64,000 nt of DNA from an uncultured Acidimicrobiia bacterium. Its GTDB lineage: Bacteria; Actinomycetota; Acidimicrobiia; Spongiisociales; ZC4RG35. The DNA is taken from contig CAVYYV010000004.1 in NCBI GenBank assembly GCA_963772815.1, positions 15,418 to 79,417 of the forward strand. The letters are read 5' to 3'. The translations under genes were made by a program, and so were the position numbers. This document shows, one piece after another, positions 28,780-39,321 of the stretch (position 1 is the first letter of the stretch; each line of letters opens with the position of its first letter). The notes below the pieces were generated by a model, which was given only the letters and a program-made list of their open reading frames with translations, was not told the origin of the DNA and searched no databases.

Positions 28780-29631
28780 TTAGAGAGTCTGAAGGATCGC
28801 GACCGTGGCTCGGGCTCGGTCCTTCCAGACGTTCGTGATTTGGCTGAACGCTTGAGTTGAGCCCAGCCTCACTGCCTGACGGTCCGCTTCGATAGCGAGC
28901 CATTCCAGGACGGGCTGGGGAGATTGGTCGAGGAGGGATCTGAGAGCGTAGGCTCGCTCGCCGATGCGGATCCCTGCGTTGGTGGTTGCGGCGGCGCGAT
29001 TGAGGTCGGCGTGAGTGAGGATGATGCCGCTGCGAACGGGGGCGAGGAGGTAGGTGATGAGGTCGTCGGGCCCTTGTGGGAGTGAAGGTGGATCGGCCAG
29101 GTGGCGGGATGGTTGGTGAGGGCCCGGGTCGGTATGGAGGGCCGACCGGATGACTTCGATGATGAGTTGCGCCCAGGCCGGGTAGGGGGTAGGGGCGATG
29201 TTCTCGACTCGGGTGAGGTACGGAATCAGCCACGGGGCGAGGTGTTCGTAGACGAGGGTGTGTTGGGCGTGTAGGAGGAGACGGCGTCGGGCCGGGTCGC
29301 CGTTCGCGGCGGGGTCGAGAAGCGCGGCCCATAGCCCCAGGAGGGCGGCGAGATGGTCGGGTTCGGGGGGTGGGGTGAATCCGGTGGCGTGCCAGAATCC
29401 GGCTATTCGGTCTCTGGCTTGGCCACCGATCTTGCCGTCGGGGTCGAGGTAGATGGAGGCGTAGGGGGGAAGCTGGCGGATGAACAGCTCGGTGTGATCG
29501 GCCGGGTCAGGGACTGGAAGCCCCAACAGGGCTGCAATGCGTTCCGACTCTGGCGTGGGTCGTTCGCAGAGAACGGCCAGGGCGCGGATCAGTTCGGCCT
29601 GCTCAGTGGTGGGGGATTGTGTATAGGTCAC
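28780..29631 (-). CDS. TorD/DmsD-family redox-enzyme maturation chaperone
   Basis: 'FIRQLPPYASIYLDPDG' and 'EPDHLAALLGLWAALL' resemble TorD-family PPYxS and E(P/Q)xDH motifs. Lies immediately downstream of the molybdoenzyme catalytic subunit. Confidence 0.6.
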   Translation of the reverse strand: MTYTQSPTTEQAELIRALAVLCERPTPESERIAALLGLPVPDPADHTELFIRQLPPYASIYLDPDGKIGGQARDRIAGFWHATGFTPPPEPDHLAALLGLWAALLDPAANGDPARRRLLLHAQHTLVYEHLAPWLIPYLTRVENIAPTPYPAWAQLIIEVIRSALHTDPGPHQPSRHLADPPSLPQGPDDLITYLLAPVRSGIILTHADLNRAAATTNAGIRIGERAYALRSLLDQSPQPVLEWLAIEADRQAVRLGSTQAFSQITNVWKDRARATVAILQTL

Positions 29632-32513
29632 GGGAGGGTTTGAGGGGGCGGAGAAACCAGTAGGGGCGGCGGGTTCCGTCGGGGGAGGTCCCGTCGGCGG
29701 GTCGGGTCAGGGACAGCCAACGCTGGTAGGCGGCTCGGGAACGGGCCGTGTCGACGGCGATGTCGCCGTGGCTGTCGCCAGGTTGGGCTTTGGTGACCCG
29801 GACGGCCTGGTGCCAGCAGTGCTGCCCGGAGATGGGGTCGGGTTGGACGGGGAAGGTGAGGTTTTGGTGGACGCCGACCTCGGTCCACCAGATGCGGCTG
29901 GTGTCGGGGTCGGCCGACGGGAACGGCCCGATACCGGCCTGGCGGTCGAGTTGCCAGGCGTCGGCCTGGTGTTGGAGCGAGACGGTGGCCATGGCTTGGC
30001 GTTGGCCTTGGTCGGTGAGCTTCCAGCGTCCCATGTGATGCGAGCAGGCCACCACACCGGGTCGGATCCCTTCGGTGACCCAGGCTTTGACCACGAAGTG
30101 GCCGATTTCGGTTTCGACCCGGACCAGGTCCCCAGTGGCGACGTCGAGACGGGAGGCGTCGGTGGGGTGGATCCAGAGCGGGTTGGTGTGGGCGATCTCG
30201 TCCAGCCATTTGGCGTTGGCGGAGCGGGTGTGGATCTGGGTGGGGAGCCGGAAGGTGGAGATGAGCGGCATCTGACCGGCCTCCAGGTTATTCGGGTGGA
30301 TGTGGCTGCGGATGTAGCCGGGGAGGGCATGTTCTGACCATCCCCAGTCGACCATGGTGGCCGAGTAGAACTCCAACTTCCCCGACGGGGTGGGGAATCC
30401 CGCTAGGACCTGCCCGTCGACTTTCACTCCGACCGGTCGCCGTCCCTCCGAGTCGGGGTCGGGGCTGGATTGGGGAACCACGTTGGGCCTGGCCGGTTTG
30501 GGCGCCGCGGTGTAGACCCGCCCGAAGGGGTCCTCGCCCGGGTCGGCCAACTCGTCGTTGCCCACCGGCTGCTCGTGGACGGCTCCAACGCCTTTGGTCA
30601 CCTCGAACGCGCCGTAGCGTCGCATGTACTGGAGCGGAGTGAGTCCTTCGGCGGCGGCGGCTTCGGGCAGACCGGGGACCGAGTTCTCGAACATCCACCC
30701 GTAGTACTCGTCCACGCCCAGCTTGGTGCCCGGATCGGCCTTGGATTCGTAGTACTGGCGGATACCCAAAGAGCCGTCGGGGTCGATCCGCCAGGACAAC
30801 TCGATCCAGAACTCGTTCTCTTCCCACACCTCACCGGGGTTGACCTGGCGGGTGTCGGTGATCTCCTCGCCGGCCCGTTCACGGGCGGCGCGCAGCACCG
30901 GCTGGCGGAACCCGATCCACTGCCCGTCATACTGCTCGTAGGACGCAACGTCGTGACGTTCCGACGATAGGCCCATGGGCAGCACATAGTCGGCGAAATA
31001 GGCCGTCTCCGACCAGGTGGGGGTGAGCGCCACATGCAAGCCGACCTTTGAGGGGTCGGTCAGCATCTCGATCCAACTGAACCCGTCGGGGTTGGTCCAC
31101 ACCGGGTTGTACACCCGGGAGAAGTAGACGTCGATGCTCCCCCGCCCCTCGCCCACGAAATGGGGCAGCAGGAAGGACAGCTCATGCATGGCCAGCGGAT
31201 ACTCCAGCGGCCAGGTGAGCTCGTTCCACACCGGCGGATGAGGAGGGGAGTGGATCGGACGGGGTACGAACTTGTTCCAGGCGTTGGGATAGGTGCCGCC
31301 CGGTGTGGCCACCGCCCCCATCAGGGCGTTGAGCAGAAACAGGGTGCGCGACACCTGCCATCCGCCCAGGTTCCCCGCCGCCGCCGACCGCCAATTGTGA
31401 GTCGACAAACGAGTACCCGCCCCCGCCACCAGCTCGGCGACCTCCACGAAGCACGTCGGCGGCGATGCCCGACTCGGCCGAGGCGAACTCGAAAGTGAAC
31501 TCGGCGTACAAGCCCGCCAGAACCTCCTCGAACGCTTCGAACGTGGAAGGAAGGTCGGGATGCTGGGCGGCCAGGTACCGGTCCCAGTTCCACCAGCGGC
31601 GCACGAACTCACGGTTGTAACGGCCGGTCTGAATGAGATGGTTGGCGATGGCCAGGTTGATGGCCGCCTCCGACCCCGGATAAGGCGACAGCCAATGATC
31701 GGCATGGGTGGCGGTGTTCGACAGCCGGGTGTCCAACACCACCAGCTTGGCGCCCCGACGACGGGCGTCGGTGATGCGCTGAGCATGAGGATTGAAATAG
31801 TGGCCCGCCTCCAAATGAGCCGAGATCAGATAGATCACCTCGGCGTTGGCGTGGTCGGGGCTGGGCCGATCCAGACCCATCCACAACTCATAACCCACCC
31901 GCGATCCCGACGAGCACACGTTGGTGTGCGAGTTGTGCCCATCGATACCCCAGGAAGCCATCACCCGCTCGGTGAAACCATCCTCACCCGGCCGACCCAC
32001 GTGATACATGACCTGATTGCGGCGCCCCTCGCTCAACGCGGCCCGGATCCTGGCGGCGATGTCGTCCAGAGCCTCGTCCCAATCCACCTGCACCCACCGG
32101 CCCTCACCCCGGGCCCCGACCCGCTTCAACGGATACAGGATCCGATCCGGGTCGGTGACCTGGTTCACCACCGCCGGGCCCTTGGCGCAGTTGCGTCCCC
32201 TCGAACCCGGATGCTCGGGATTGCCCTCGAACTTGCGCACCTGCAACGTGTCCCGATCCACATACGCCAACAGGCCACAAGCCGACTCACAGTTGAAACA
32301 CGTCGTAGGCACCAACGCATAACGCTTCTCGACCCGCTCCGGCCACGACCGCGAATCCAACTCCACCCAATCGTCCCAACGCTCCCGGGGAGGAAACGAC
32401 GCCAAATGGACCCGCGACGGACCCGGATAGAACGTCTCCCCACGGGCCTCCACCTCGGCCCGAGCCGCCGACACCAACCCACCCAACTCTCCCAGGCGAT
32501 CCGTCACCACCAT
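29603..32513 (-). CDS. Molybdopterin (Mo-bisPGD) oxidoreductase catalytic subunit, DMSO-reductase/CISM family, no Tat signal; frame break near 31440 joins ORF 31182..32567 to ORF 29603..31786
   Basis: N-terminal FS0 cluster motif 'CFNCESACGLLAYVD'. MopB-like body ('KLVVLDTRLSNTATHADHWL', 'LNALMGAVATPGGTYP'). C-terminal molydop-binding beta-barrel ('WIHPTDASRLDVATGDLVRVETEIGHFVVKAWVTEGIRPGVVA'). Confidence 0.75.
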
Positions 32514-32520
32514 CTCCTTC

Positions 32521-34059
32521 TCATGCCAGCGGCACCGCCTGTCCCGACTGGACATAGGCATGCTCATAAGACAACAACCCGACCAGGGCGAAGGGAGCCG
32601 CCCACACCCCCATCCAGGGCGCCAGAACCGCCACCGCCATCAACCCCACCGACACCCATAAGAACCAGGCGTACCGGCCCCGGGTCATCTCCCACACCGC
32701 GGCATGGGCATGGGCGGTGCCATGCGGCAGAACAACCTCCCCCCACACCAACAACAGATGCACCAACGCCGCCCCACCCAACAGCCAACCCAAAGCCTCA
32801 GTGGCGGCCGAATCGACGAAGGCGTCGACCATCAACAACCCCGCCGCTCCCCCCAAAACCGCCTGCACCGCGATATGAGGAGGCAACAGCGGCGACTGCC
32901 ACAAATCCCGAGCCTTGGACTGGGCAAACAGAAACGCCGTGTACACCGCCGCCATCACCGACAACGGCAAACCCGCCACCGCCAAACCCTGGCGCAAACC
33001 CACCCAATCGACCATCCCCGACAACACCTGGGCGGCCAGCACCGCCCCGTAAGCCAGGATGATCACCGCCCCCCGCACCAACCAACTGCGCCACTGGGGC
33101 TGGGTGAACAACAACAAGAACCGCCCCGGATGCTTCAAATCCGCCACCAGAATCACCCCGGTTGCTGCCAAGAACACCAACCCCACCACCGGCGCCGCCC
33201 ACACGAACAGATCCGCCGACCAACCCAGGAACCCCGTCAACACCAACAGCAAAGCCACCAGATAGGCCCCGGCCGCCAACGACTTCGTCCACGTGTACAG
33301 GCTGACCGGCCAACCCCACGGCGCTCGATGCGGCACGTCATAAGACACCAGCGCCGCCGCCGACGAATTCGCCCGTCCAGCACGCATACCGCTCCCCACC
33401 CCCGGACCCTGCCCCGCCCACGCATACAGACCCCCCTCCGGCCGGCGAGCCGACAAAGGATCCAACGTCGACTGATGAGCCCCCACATAGAACAACTTGG
33501 GTCGGGTCTCCTTCTCCGGGCGACGCACCGAAACCGGCTTGCGACCCACCACCCCGGCCACCGCAGACGACGGATCGTTCACATCCCCCACCAGGATCGC
33601 CTCCGTCGGGCACACCACCACACAGGCCGGCTCCAACCCCACATCCAACCTGTGCGCGCAGAAGTTGCACTTCTCCGCCGAGTGATCCTCGGGATTGATA
33701 AAGATCGCGTCATAAGGACAAGCCGCCATACACGCCTTGCACCCGATACAGACCCGCTTGTCGAAATCCACGATCCCATCCGAACGAGCGAACATGGCCG
33801 CCGTCGGACACGCCGCCACACACGGAGCATCCTCACACTGATTACAACGAGTCACCTGAAACGCCCGCCGCACCTGGGGAAACACCCCCACATCCACCGA
33901 CTTCACATAAGTGCGAGTCACCCCCAACGGCACCTCATTCTCCGACTTACACGCCGTCGTACACGCATGACAACCAATACACACCGACTGATCGATCACC
34001 TTCACCCAACCGGCAGGCTTCGATTCAGCAATCTGGGAGTGGCGGAGAGGTACGTTCAT
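32521..34059 (-). CDS. Fused 4Fe-4S ferredoxin-type electron-transfer subunit (DmsB/PsrB-like, four Cys clusters) and NrfD/PsrC-like polytopic membrane anchor
   Basis: Four 'C..C..C...CP' motifs ('CIGCHACTTAC', 'CNQCEDAPCVAACP', 'CIGCKACMAACP', 'CNFCAHRL...CVVVCP') followed by ~8 TM helices. Confidence 0.8.
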   Translation of the reverse strand: MNVPLRHSQIAESKPAGWVKVIDQSVCIGCHACTTACKSENEVPLGVTRTYVKSVDVGVFPQVRRAFQVTRCNQCEDAPCVAACPTAAMFARSDGIVDFDKRVCIGCKACMAACPYDAIFINPEDHSAEKCNFCAHRLDVGLEPACVVVCPTEAILVGDVNDPSSAVAGVVGRKPVSVRRPEKETRPKLFYVGAHQSTLDPLSARRPEGGLYAWAGQGPGVGSGMRAGRANSSAAALVSYDVPHRAPWGWPVSLYTWTKSLAAGAYLVALLLVLTGFLGWSADLFVWAAPVVGLVFLAATGVILVADLKHPGRFLLLFTQPQWRSWLVRGAVIILAYGAVLAAQVLSGMVDWVGLRQGLAVAGLPLSVMAAVYTAFLFAQSKARDLWQSPLLPPHIAVQAVLGGAAGLLMVDAFVDSAATEALGWLLGGAALVHLLLVWGEVVLPHGTAHAHAAVWEMTRGRYAWFLWVSVGLMAVAVLAPWMGVWAAPFALVGLLSYEHAYVQSGQAVPLA

Positions 34060-34666
34060 CGCTCAGATCATCCGCCCGAAGCTTGTGCCAAGCGCGGCAG
34101 CCGCGTCCACATGGACGAGCATCGTAACTGCGTGCGGGCCGGGCCTTCGCGGTGTGGCGGGCCTCGGCTATTCGTCCGGCGTTTGGGAGTTTCGACCAGA
34201 GAACCTTGCCGCCCACGGCGTAGCTGATCGCAAACACCACTGCTGGGTCAGCCACCTGAGCGCGTTCAATAGAACGGGTAGGCGCCTGCTGGCCTGCGAT
34301 TCAAGGACCAATGGGCAGACCACGGTATGGAGCTCACACCAACGTCAGCCACGTCCTCGGTGAGGACGATGCGCGACATTGATCCGTCGGGTTCCGGCCC
34401 ATCTCGTCTCACCCAGCCGCGCGCCCCTGAAACCGTCCCGCGCGCCCCTCTGATCCTTAGCCTCCAGACCAACCCGTTTCCCCTGAAGCACCCACCGTCA
34501 CCCGGATCCAGGCTAGTCGACGGCCCCGTTCCGCGTCGAACGGGAATCGGGGGTTATGAGAGGGAGTGGGCTTCTATCCCCAAGCCTCCCACCCAGATCC
34601 CTCCCGGCGCATGGCGGCCCGTCCGACCTCTCCTACAGTGACCCCACGGCCACCACCGTGGAGATC

Positions 34667-35683
34667 ATGCCGACGTACACACGGTCCGAGATCAAGGACT
34701 GGGCTCGAGAGCACATGCAAGGGGTCTGCAACGTGATCATCCCCAGCTACACGGCAGACCTCAGAGACATCAACGAGGCCGGGATCCGGCACGATGTCCG
34801 CCGCAACATCGAACTCGGATTCTGGGGCGCCCTGCTCGTTTCGGAAGCAGGCACCACACACGACGAGATGCGTCGCTTCATGGAGATCGCCGTCGACGAA
34901 GCGCGGGGACGGCACCACTTCGTGTTGCAGGCAGCCTTCGACACGCCTGAAGACATCATCGAGATGGGCCGGGCGGCCACCGACATCGGGATCGATGCCC
35001 TGCTCCTCGGTCAGCCGAACAGCTTCTACCCTCGAACGCCCGACAGCCTCGAGGCGTACACCCGACACGTCTGCGCCTCCGTGGATCTGGCGGTCGTGCT
35101 GTTCATCGTGGCCCATTCGAACCTGGCCAGGCTGGACCCCAGCGGCTATCCGCGGGAGGTTCTCGACCGGGTCGTCCACCTCGACAACGTCGCCGCGGTG
35201 AAATACGAACTGGGGCGTCACAACACCACGATCACATATGAGACGTTCCGCCGCCTGGAGAACCAAGGCGTCCTGCTCTCGGACCCGATGGAGTACAACG
35301 CCCCGATGTGGATCGACCTCTTCGGGATGCAATGGATGGGGACCAGCAACTACGAGTACTACGGCGACCGGGTTCCCCGTCTGTTCACCGCGCTTCGCGA
35401 CGGCCGAACCGACGAGGGCATGGCGCTGTGGTGGGGCATCCACCCGGTGCGGCAGGCGAGAGCTCGCCAGATGTCATCCATGTCGGGAGCCAACTTCATC
35501 CACCGTTACCTCTGGAAGTACCAGGCGTGGCTGAACGGATACAACGGGGGCCCGATCCGCCAGCCCGCCATGAAGCTGACGGACGACCAGATGCGAGCCG
35601 CGGCGGCACCGCTCATTCAGACCGAAATCGCCTCCAATGCCGTCGAACTCGCCGACTTCTTCGTCGGAAGGAACCCGGCTTGA
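34667..35683 (+). CDS. Dihydrodipicolinate synthase/N-acetylneuraminate lyase superfamily (class I aldolase-like) protein, divergent
   Basis: TIM-barrel DHDPS-family layout with a Schiff-base-type Lys in 'NVAAVKYELG'. Start overlaps the downstream gene by 1 nt (TGATG). Confidence 0.7.
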   Translation: MPTYTRSEIKDWAREHMQGVCNVIIPSYTADLRDINEAGIRHDVRRNIELGFWGALLVSEAGTTHDEMRRFMEIAVDEARGRHHFVLQAAFDTPEDIIEMGRAATDIGIDALLLGQPNSFYPRTPDSLEAYTRHVCASVDLAVVLFIVAHSNLARLDPSGYPREVLDRVVHLDNVAAVKYELGRHNTTITYETFRRLENQGVLLSDPMEYNAPMWIDLFGMQWMGTSNYEYYGDRVPRLFTALRDGRTDEGMALWWGIHPVRQARARQMSSMSGANFIHRYLWKYQAWLNGYNGGPIRQPAMKLTDDQMRAAAAPLIQTEIASNAVELADFFVGRNPA

Positions 35684-36675
35684 TGGTCCGCATCCTCGAC
35701 GGACCCACGATCGACTCCATCCTCACCGTGGACCTCGCGCTCGACGCCATGCGTCGCGCCTTCGCTCTCGAGGGAGCCGGCCGGGCCGGCCCTGCCGCCC
35801 GCGTCGACATAGGGCACCCCAAGGGATGGATGCGGGTCCTCCCCGCAGCCTTCGAGGGCCTCGGCGTGTTCGGCCTGAAGACGATCTCGATGCAGACGGG
35901 CCTCGGTGTTCGCTACGCGGTTATCGTCCACGATCTCGAGAGCGGGGCACTCCGCGCCCTCGTCGACGCACAGGCGATCACGGGCGCCAGAACCGGCGCC
36001 ACGGCAGCCGTGGCGGCAGAGCACCTCTGTCGGCCCGACATCGAGCGAGCCGCCGTCATCGGCACCGGATCCGTGGCTCGGTCCCAGCTGCCTGCCCTGC
36101 AGGCCGTTCGGCCAGTCGAGGAGATCCGCGTCTTCTCACGCAACGCGGCCAACCGGTCCGAGTTCATCGACGAGATGCGCGACGTCGTCGATGCCCGCTT
36201 CGTCGACTGCTCGACGGTCGACGAAGCCGTCGAAGGCGCGTCGCTGGTGACCCTTGCGACGAAAGCGCCGCAGCCGGTGCTGGTACCCGAACACCTCCGT
36301 CGGGGTATGCACGTCAACTCCGTTGGTGCCGCCCGGCCGAACCTCTGCGAGCTGGATCCCGACGCCTTCGGCAGGTTCGATCTCATCGTCTGCGACTCCG
36401 TCGAGCTCGTCTACGGGCAGGCCGGTGACGCCGTCGCCGCGGTCGAGCGGGGGTTGGACCCGGATCGATCCCGGTCTCTCGGCTCGCTGGTGGCCGGGCT
36501 GCACCCCGGCCGGACCGCGCCCGAGCAACTCACCCTGTTCAAGTCCACCGGAACCGGCCTCCAGGACCTGGCACTGGCGTCGGCTGTCCTCGAGATCGCC
36601 GACGCACGGAACCTCGGGGTCGAGGTCGGAGAGACGCTCACCCTCAAGCGGTTCGGGGCCACAGGCCGAACCTGA
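35683..36675 (+). CDS. Ornithine cyclodeaminase/mu-crystallin family protein (ketimine/cyclic imino-acid reductase-like)
   Basis: 'AVIGTGSVARSQLPALQAVRPVEEIRVFSRN' Rossmann region. Full-length 331 aa. Source of the inverted partial duplicate at 26061-26545. Confidence 0.8.
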   Translation: MVRILDGPTIDSILTVDLALDAMRRAFALEGAGRAGPAARVDIGHPKGWMRVLPAAFEGLGVFGLKTISMQTGLGVRYAVIVHDLESGALRALVDAQAITGARTGATAAVAAEHLCRPDIERAAVIGTGSVARSQLPALQAVRPVEEIRVFSRNAANRSEFIDEMRDVVDARFVDCSTVDEAVEGASLVTLATKAPQPVLVPEHLRRGMHVNSVGAARPNLCELDPDAFGRFDLIVCDSVELVYGQAGDAVAAVERGLDPDRSRSLGSLVAGLHPGRTAPEQLTLFKSTGTGLQDLALASAVLEIADARNLGVEVGETLTLKRFGATGRT

Positions 36676-36839
36676 TAGCCCAGGCCGATGGGCCAATCCC
36701 ACACCTTGGGCCGATGCGGTTGGCTCTAAGGTTTCATTTGGTGCAGAGGCTCTTGCAGGCGATTCGAGGGGTCGGGGTGACCACCGGCCTTCGCCGGCCC
36801 GTGGGAAGCCGATGCCCGACATCGTGAGAAGGAGAGAGC

Positions 36840-38423
36840 ATGACGAAGACGGCTGACATCGTCGTCGCCGGGGCCGGACACAACAGTCTCGTGACGGCGG
36901 CATATCTGGCGAGCGCCGGCTATGAGATCGCCATCGTCGACGCACGACCGATCCCCGGCGGTGGTGCCACCACCGAGGAGTTACTGCTGGACGGATTCTG
37001 GGTGGACACCTGCTCGACCGGACACACACTGATCCAGGTCAACCCGCTGATTCGCAACGACGAGCTGGGCCTAGTCGCCAAATACGGCCTCTCCTACATC
37101 GATCCCGACCCGGTTGAGGTGGTGGCCTTCCCGGACGGTGAGGCGATCACGATGTGGCTCGACCTCAACGAGACCTGCGCCGAGATCGCCCGATTCTCAC
37201 AGCGCGATGCAGAGGCGTATCGCCGTCTGCTCGACGAGTGGGACGAGATCAAGGGTGTGGTGGGCGCCACCCGGTTCAGACCGGTCGGATACGGACCCAG
37301 CCCACAAGAGGTGATGGCGAGCCACCCCCGCGGGGGTGTGTGGATGCGCCGTTCGATGATGAGCGCCCGTGACCTCATCCTGCACGATTTCGAGAGCCCC
37401 CACGTACGCGCCTTCATGGGCTGGATGGCATCGCAGACGGCGGTACCGATCGACGGCGCCGGTACCGGTCTACTCGCCTATCAGATCATCGGGGGGCGAC
37501 AGGTCCGTAGCTGGTCGATCCCCGTCGGCGGATCGGGGAAGTTGGTGGAGGCGCTCGTCGGTTATCTCGAAGACCACGGAGCAACGATCGATTGCGGCCA
37601 GACGGTGTCCGAGCTGATCCTCGACGACGGTCGCTGCGTCGGGCTTCGGACCGAGAACGGCGAGGAGTACCGGGCTCGTCGTGCCGTCTTGTCGACGATC
37701 CATGTCAAGCACCTCGTGGACATGGCGCCGCCGGAGGCGTGGGGCGAGGACTTCCTCTACGGAGTCGACACCTATCACGTAGGCATCCCCTTCTTCGCCG
37801 CCTACTTCGCCACCACCGCCGCGCCGGCCTTCACGACCCACGACGGTTCCCGATCCTCGGTATCGGCCGGCGTCGCCGGCTGGATCGACGACCTGGCTCG
37901 CGGTGCCCGCAGAGTCTCGGACGGGCAGTATTGCGAGGAGGATCCCTTCCTGCTCGTGGCCACACCCACGCTCGCCGATCCGAGTCGCAGCCCCGGTGGA
38001 ACCCACACCGTGAAGATGGTGACCTTCAACGCCTACGATCCGGGTGGTGGACCACGGCGTTGGGACGACATCAAGGGGACGCACTCCGACCGTCAGGTCG
38101 AGTACCTGCGGCGGTTCGCCCCCAATTTCACCGACGACGTGATCATGGCGCGCATGGTGAAGTCCCCCCTGGACATCGAGCGGATCAACCCGCACATGGT
38201 CCACGGGGCCCCACACGGTGGGGACCGAGGAATCGCATTCACCGGTGCGCAGCGACCCGTCCCGGGATGGGCCCAGCACAGGATGCCGGTTCCCGGCCTG
38301 TACCAGACCGGAGGGACCACGCACCCGGGCGGTTCGATCACCGGCGCGCCCGGTCGCAATGCGGCGATCGTGATGTTGGAGGACCTGGGTCACGATCCGG
38401 CGGAGTTCACGGCGCTCGACTGA
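36840..38423 (+). CDS. FAD/NAD(P)-binding oxidoreductase of the phytoene-desaturase (CrtI-like) / amine-oxidase superfamily
   Basis: 'ADIVVAGAGHNSLVTAAYLASAGYEIAIVDARPIPGGGATT' dinucleotide-binding motif. Strong RBS 'gagaaggagagagc'. Confidence 0.8.
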   Translation: MTKTADIVVAGAGHNSLVTAAYLASAGYEIAIVDARPIPGGGATTEELLLDGFWVDTCSTGHTLIQVNPLIRNDELGLVAKYGLSYIDPDPVEVVAFPDGEAITMWLDLNETCAEIARFSQRDAEAYRRLLDEWDEIKGVVGATRFRPVGYGPSPQEVMASHPRGGVWMRRSMMSARDLILHDFESPHVRAFMGWMASQTAVPIDGAGTGLLAYQIIGGRQVRSWSIPVGGSGKLVEALVGYLEDHGATIDCGQTVSELILDDGRCVGLRTENGEEYRARRAVLSTIHVKHLVDMAPPEAWGEDFLYGVDTYHVGIPFFAAYFATTAAPAFTTHDGSRSSVSAGVAGWIDDLARGARRVSDGQYCEEDPFLLVATPTLADPSRSPGGTHTVKMVTFNAYDPGGGPRRWDDIKGTHSDRQVEYLRRFAPNFTDDVIMARMVKSPLDIERINPHMVHGAPHGGDRGIAFTGAQRPVPGWAQHRMPVPGLYQTGGTTHPGGSITGAPGRNAAIVMLEDLGHDPAEFTALD

Positions 38424-38886
38424 ACGAAGGGCTGACACGAATAGGCCGGGATCCGGAGCGGGTAGAAATCATCGAGACGATCGCCGGCAACGACTTGCAC
38501 CTCATGTATGACGAGGTCGGGGACGGGCTCGACGCCCCGATCTTCCCGGGCAAGCCCCCGGGACGGTCCATTCCCCGTCGTGCTACTCGCGTCGGGCAAA
38601 GGCGGCGAGGGGATGCGATGGGTCCGCACGCCTGCGCCAATCCGCTACCTCATGATGGCGGATCGATGCAGGCTAGGTCTGTGCCTGGTTGAGACACCGC
38701 AGGCAAGAATGCGAATGGGTCTCGTCCGACCACGATCTCCGTGGCTACATCTATCCAATCTGTGGCTCCGACGGCGAGTACGAGGTCGACGACGTACAGG
38801 AGAAGGCGACAGCCCACGTGATCGGATATCCGGACGGGCGATTGAAACCCTGAGCCACGATGGCGCCGGGAGCATTTGCCCAAATC

Positions 38887-38900
38887 AACAATCGATTGCA
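38887..38900. promoter_or_regulatory. Palindrome CAATCGATTG (site 1 of 3) ~55 bp upstream of the SAF/UxaA operon
   Basis: 'aacaatcgattgcatg'. Related sites at 43400-43411 and 44719-44730. Confidence 0.3.
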
Positions 38901-38954
38901 TGATCGGCCAGGATCGATGCGATAAGCATCGGCGGAGACCTGGAAAGGAAGCCA

Positions 38955-39236
38955 ATGATCCACTTCATCGTCCATGACGAAAACGACTCGGTTGGAGTCG
39001 TGGTCGTCGAAGGAATCGAAGCAGGCGACGCTATCGACGGGTGGATCATGGACCAGCAGCGCGACATCCAGGTCCAGGCGAAGGACGCCATCCCCATCGG
39101 CCACAAGCTGGCGGTCACCGACCTCGCTGAGAAAGACACGGTGATCAAGTACGGGGTCGACATCGGCCGCGTGGTGGCTCCGATCAAGGTCGGCGAGCAC
39201 GTCCACGTCCACAACGTCAAGACCAAGCGTTGGTGA
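38955..39236 (+). CDS. SAF-domain small subunit of a split UxaA-type (altronate/galactarate) dehydratase
   Basis: 93 aa '[19 protein letters not shown]...[43 protein letters not shown]' is a SAF/GarD-N-like fold. Confidence 0.7.
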   Translation: MIHFIVHDENDSVGVVVVEGIEAGDAIDGWIMDQQRDIQVQAKDAIPIGHKLAVTDLAEKDTVIKYGVDIGRVVAPIKVGEHVHVHNVKTKRW

Positions 39237-39321
39237 TTCGGCCGGTCACGACAACACCCCTGGCGTCTCACCGTCACCGTTGAACTCCGTACTGCCATCG
39301 AAAGAAGCAGGAGGCCACACC

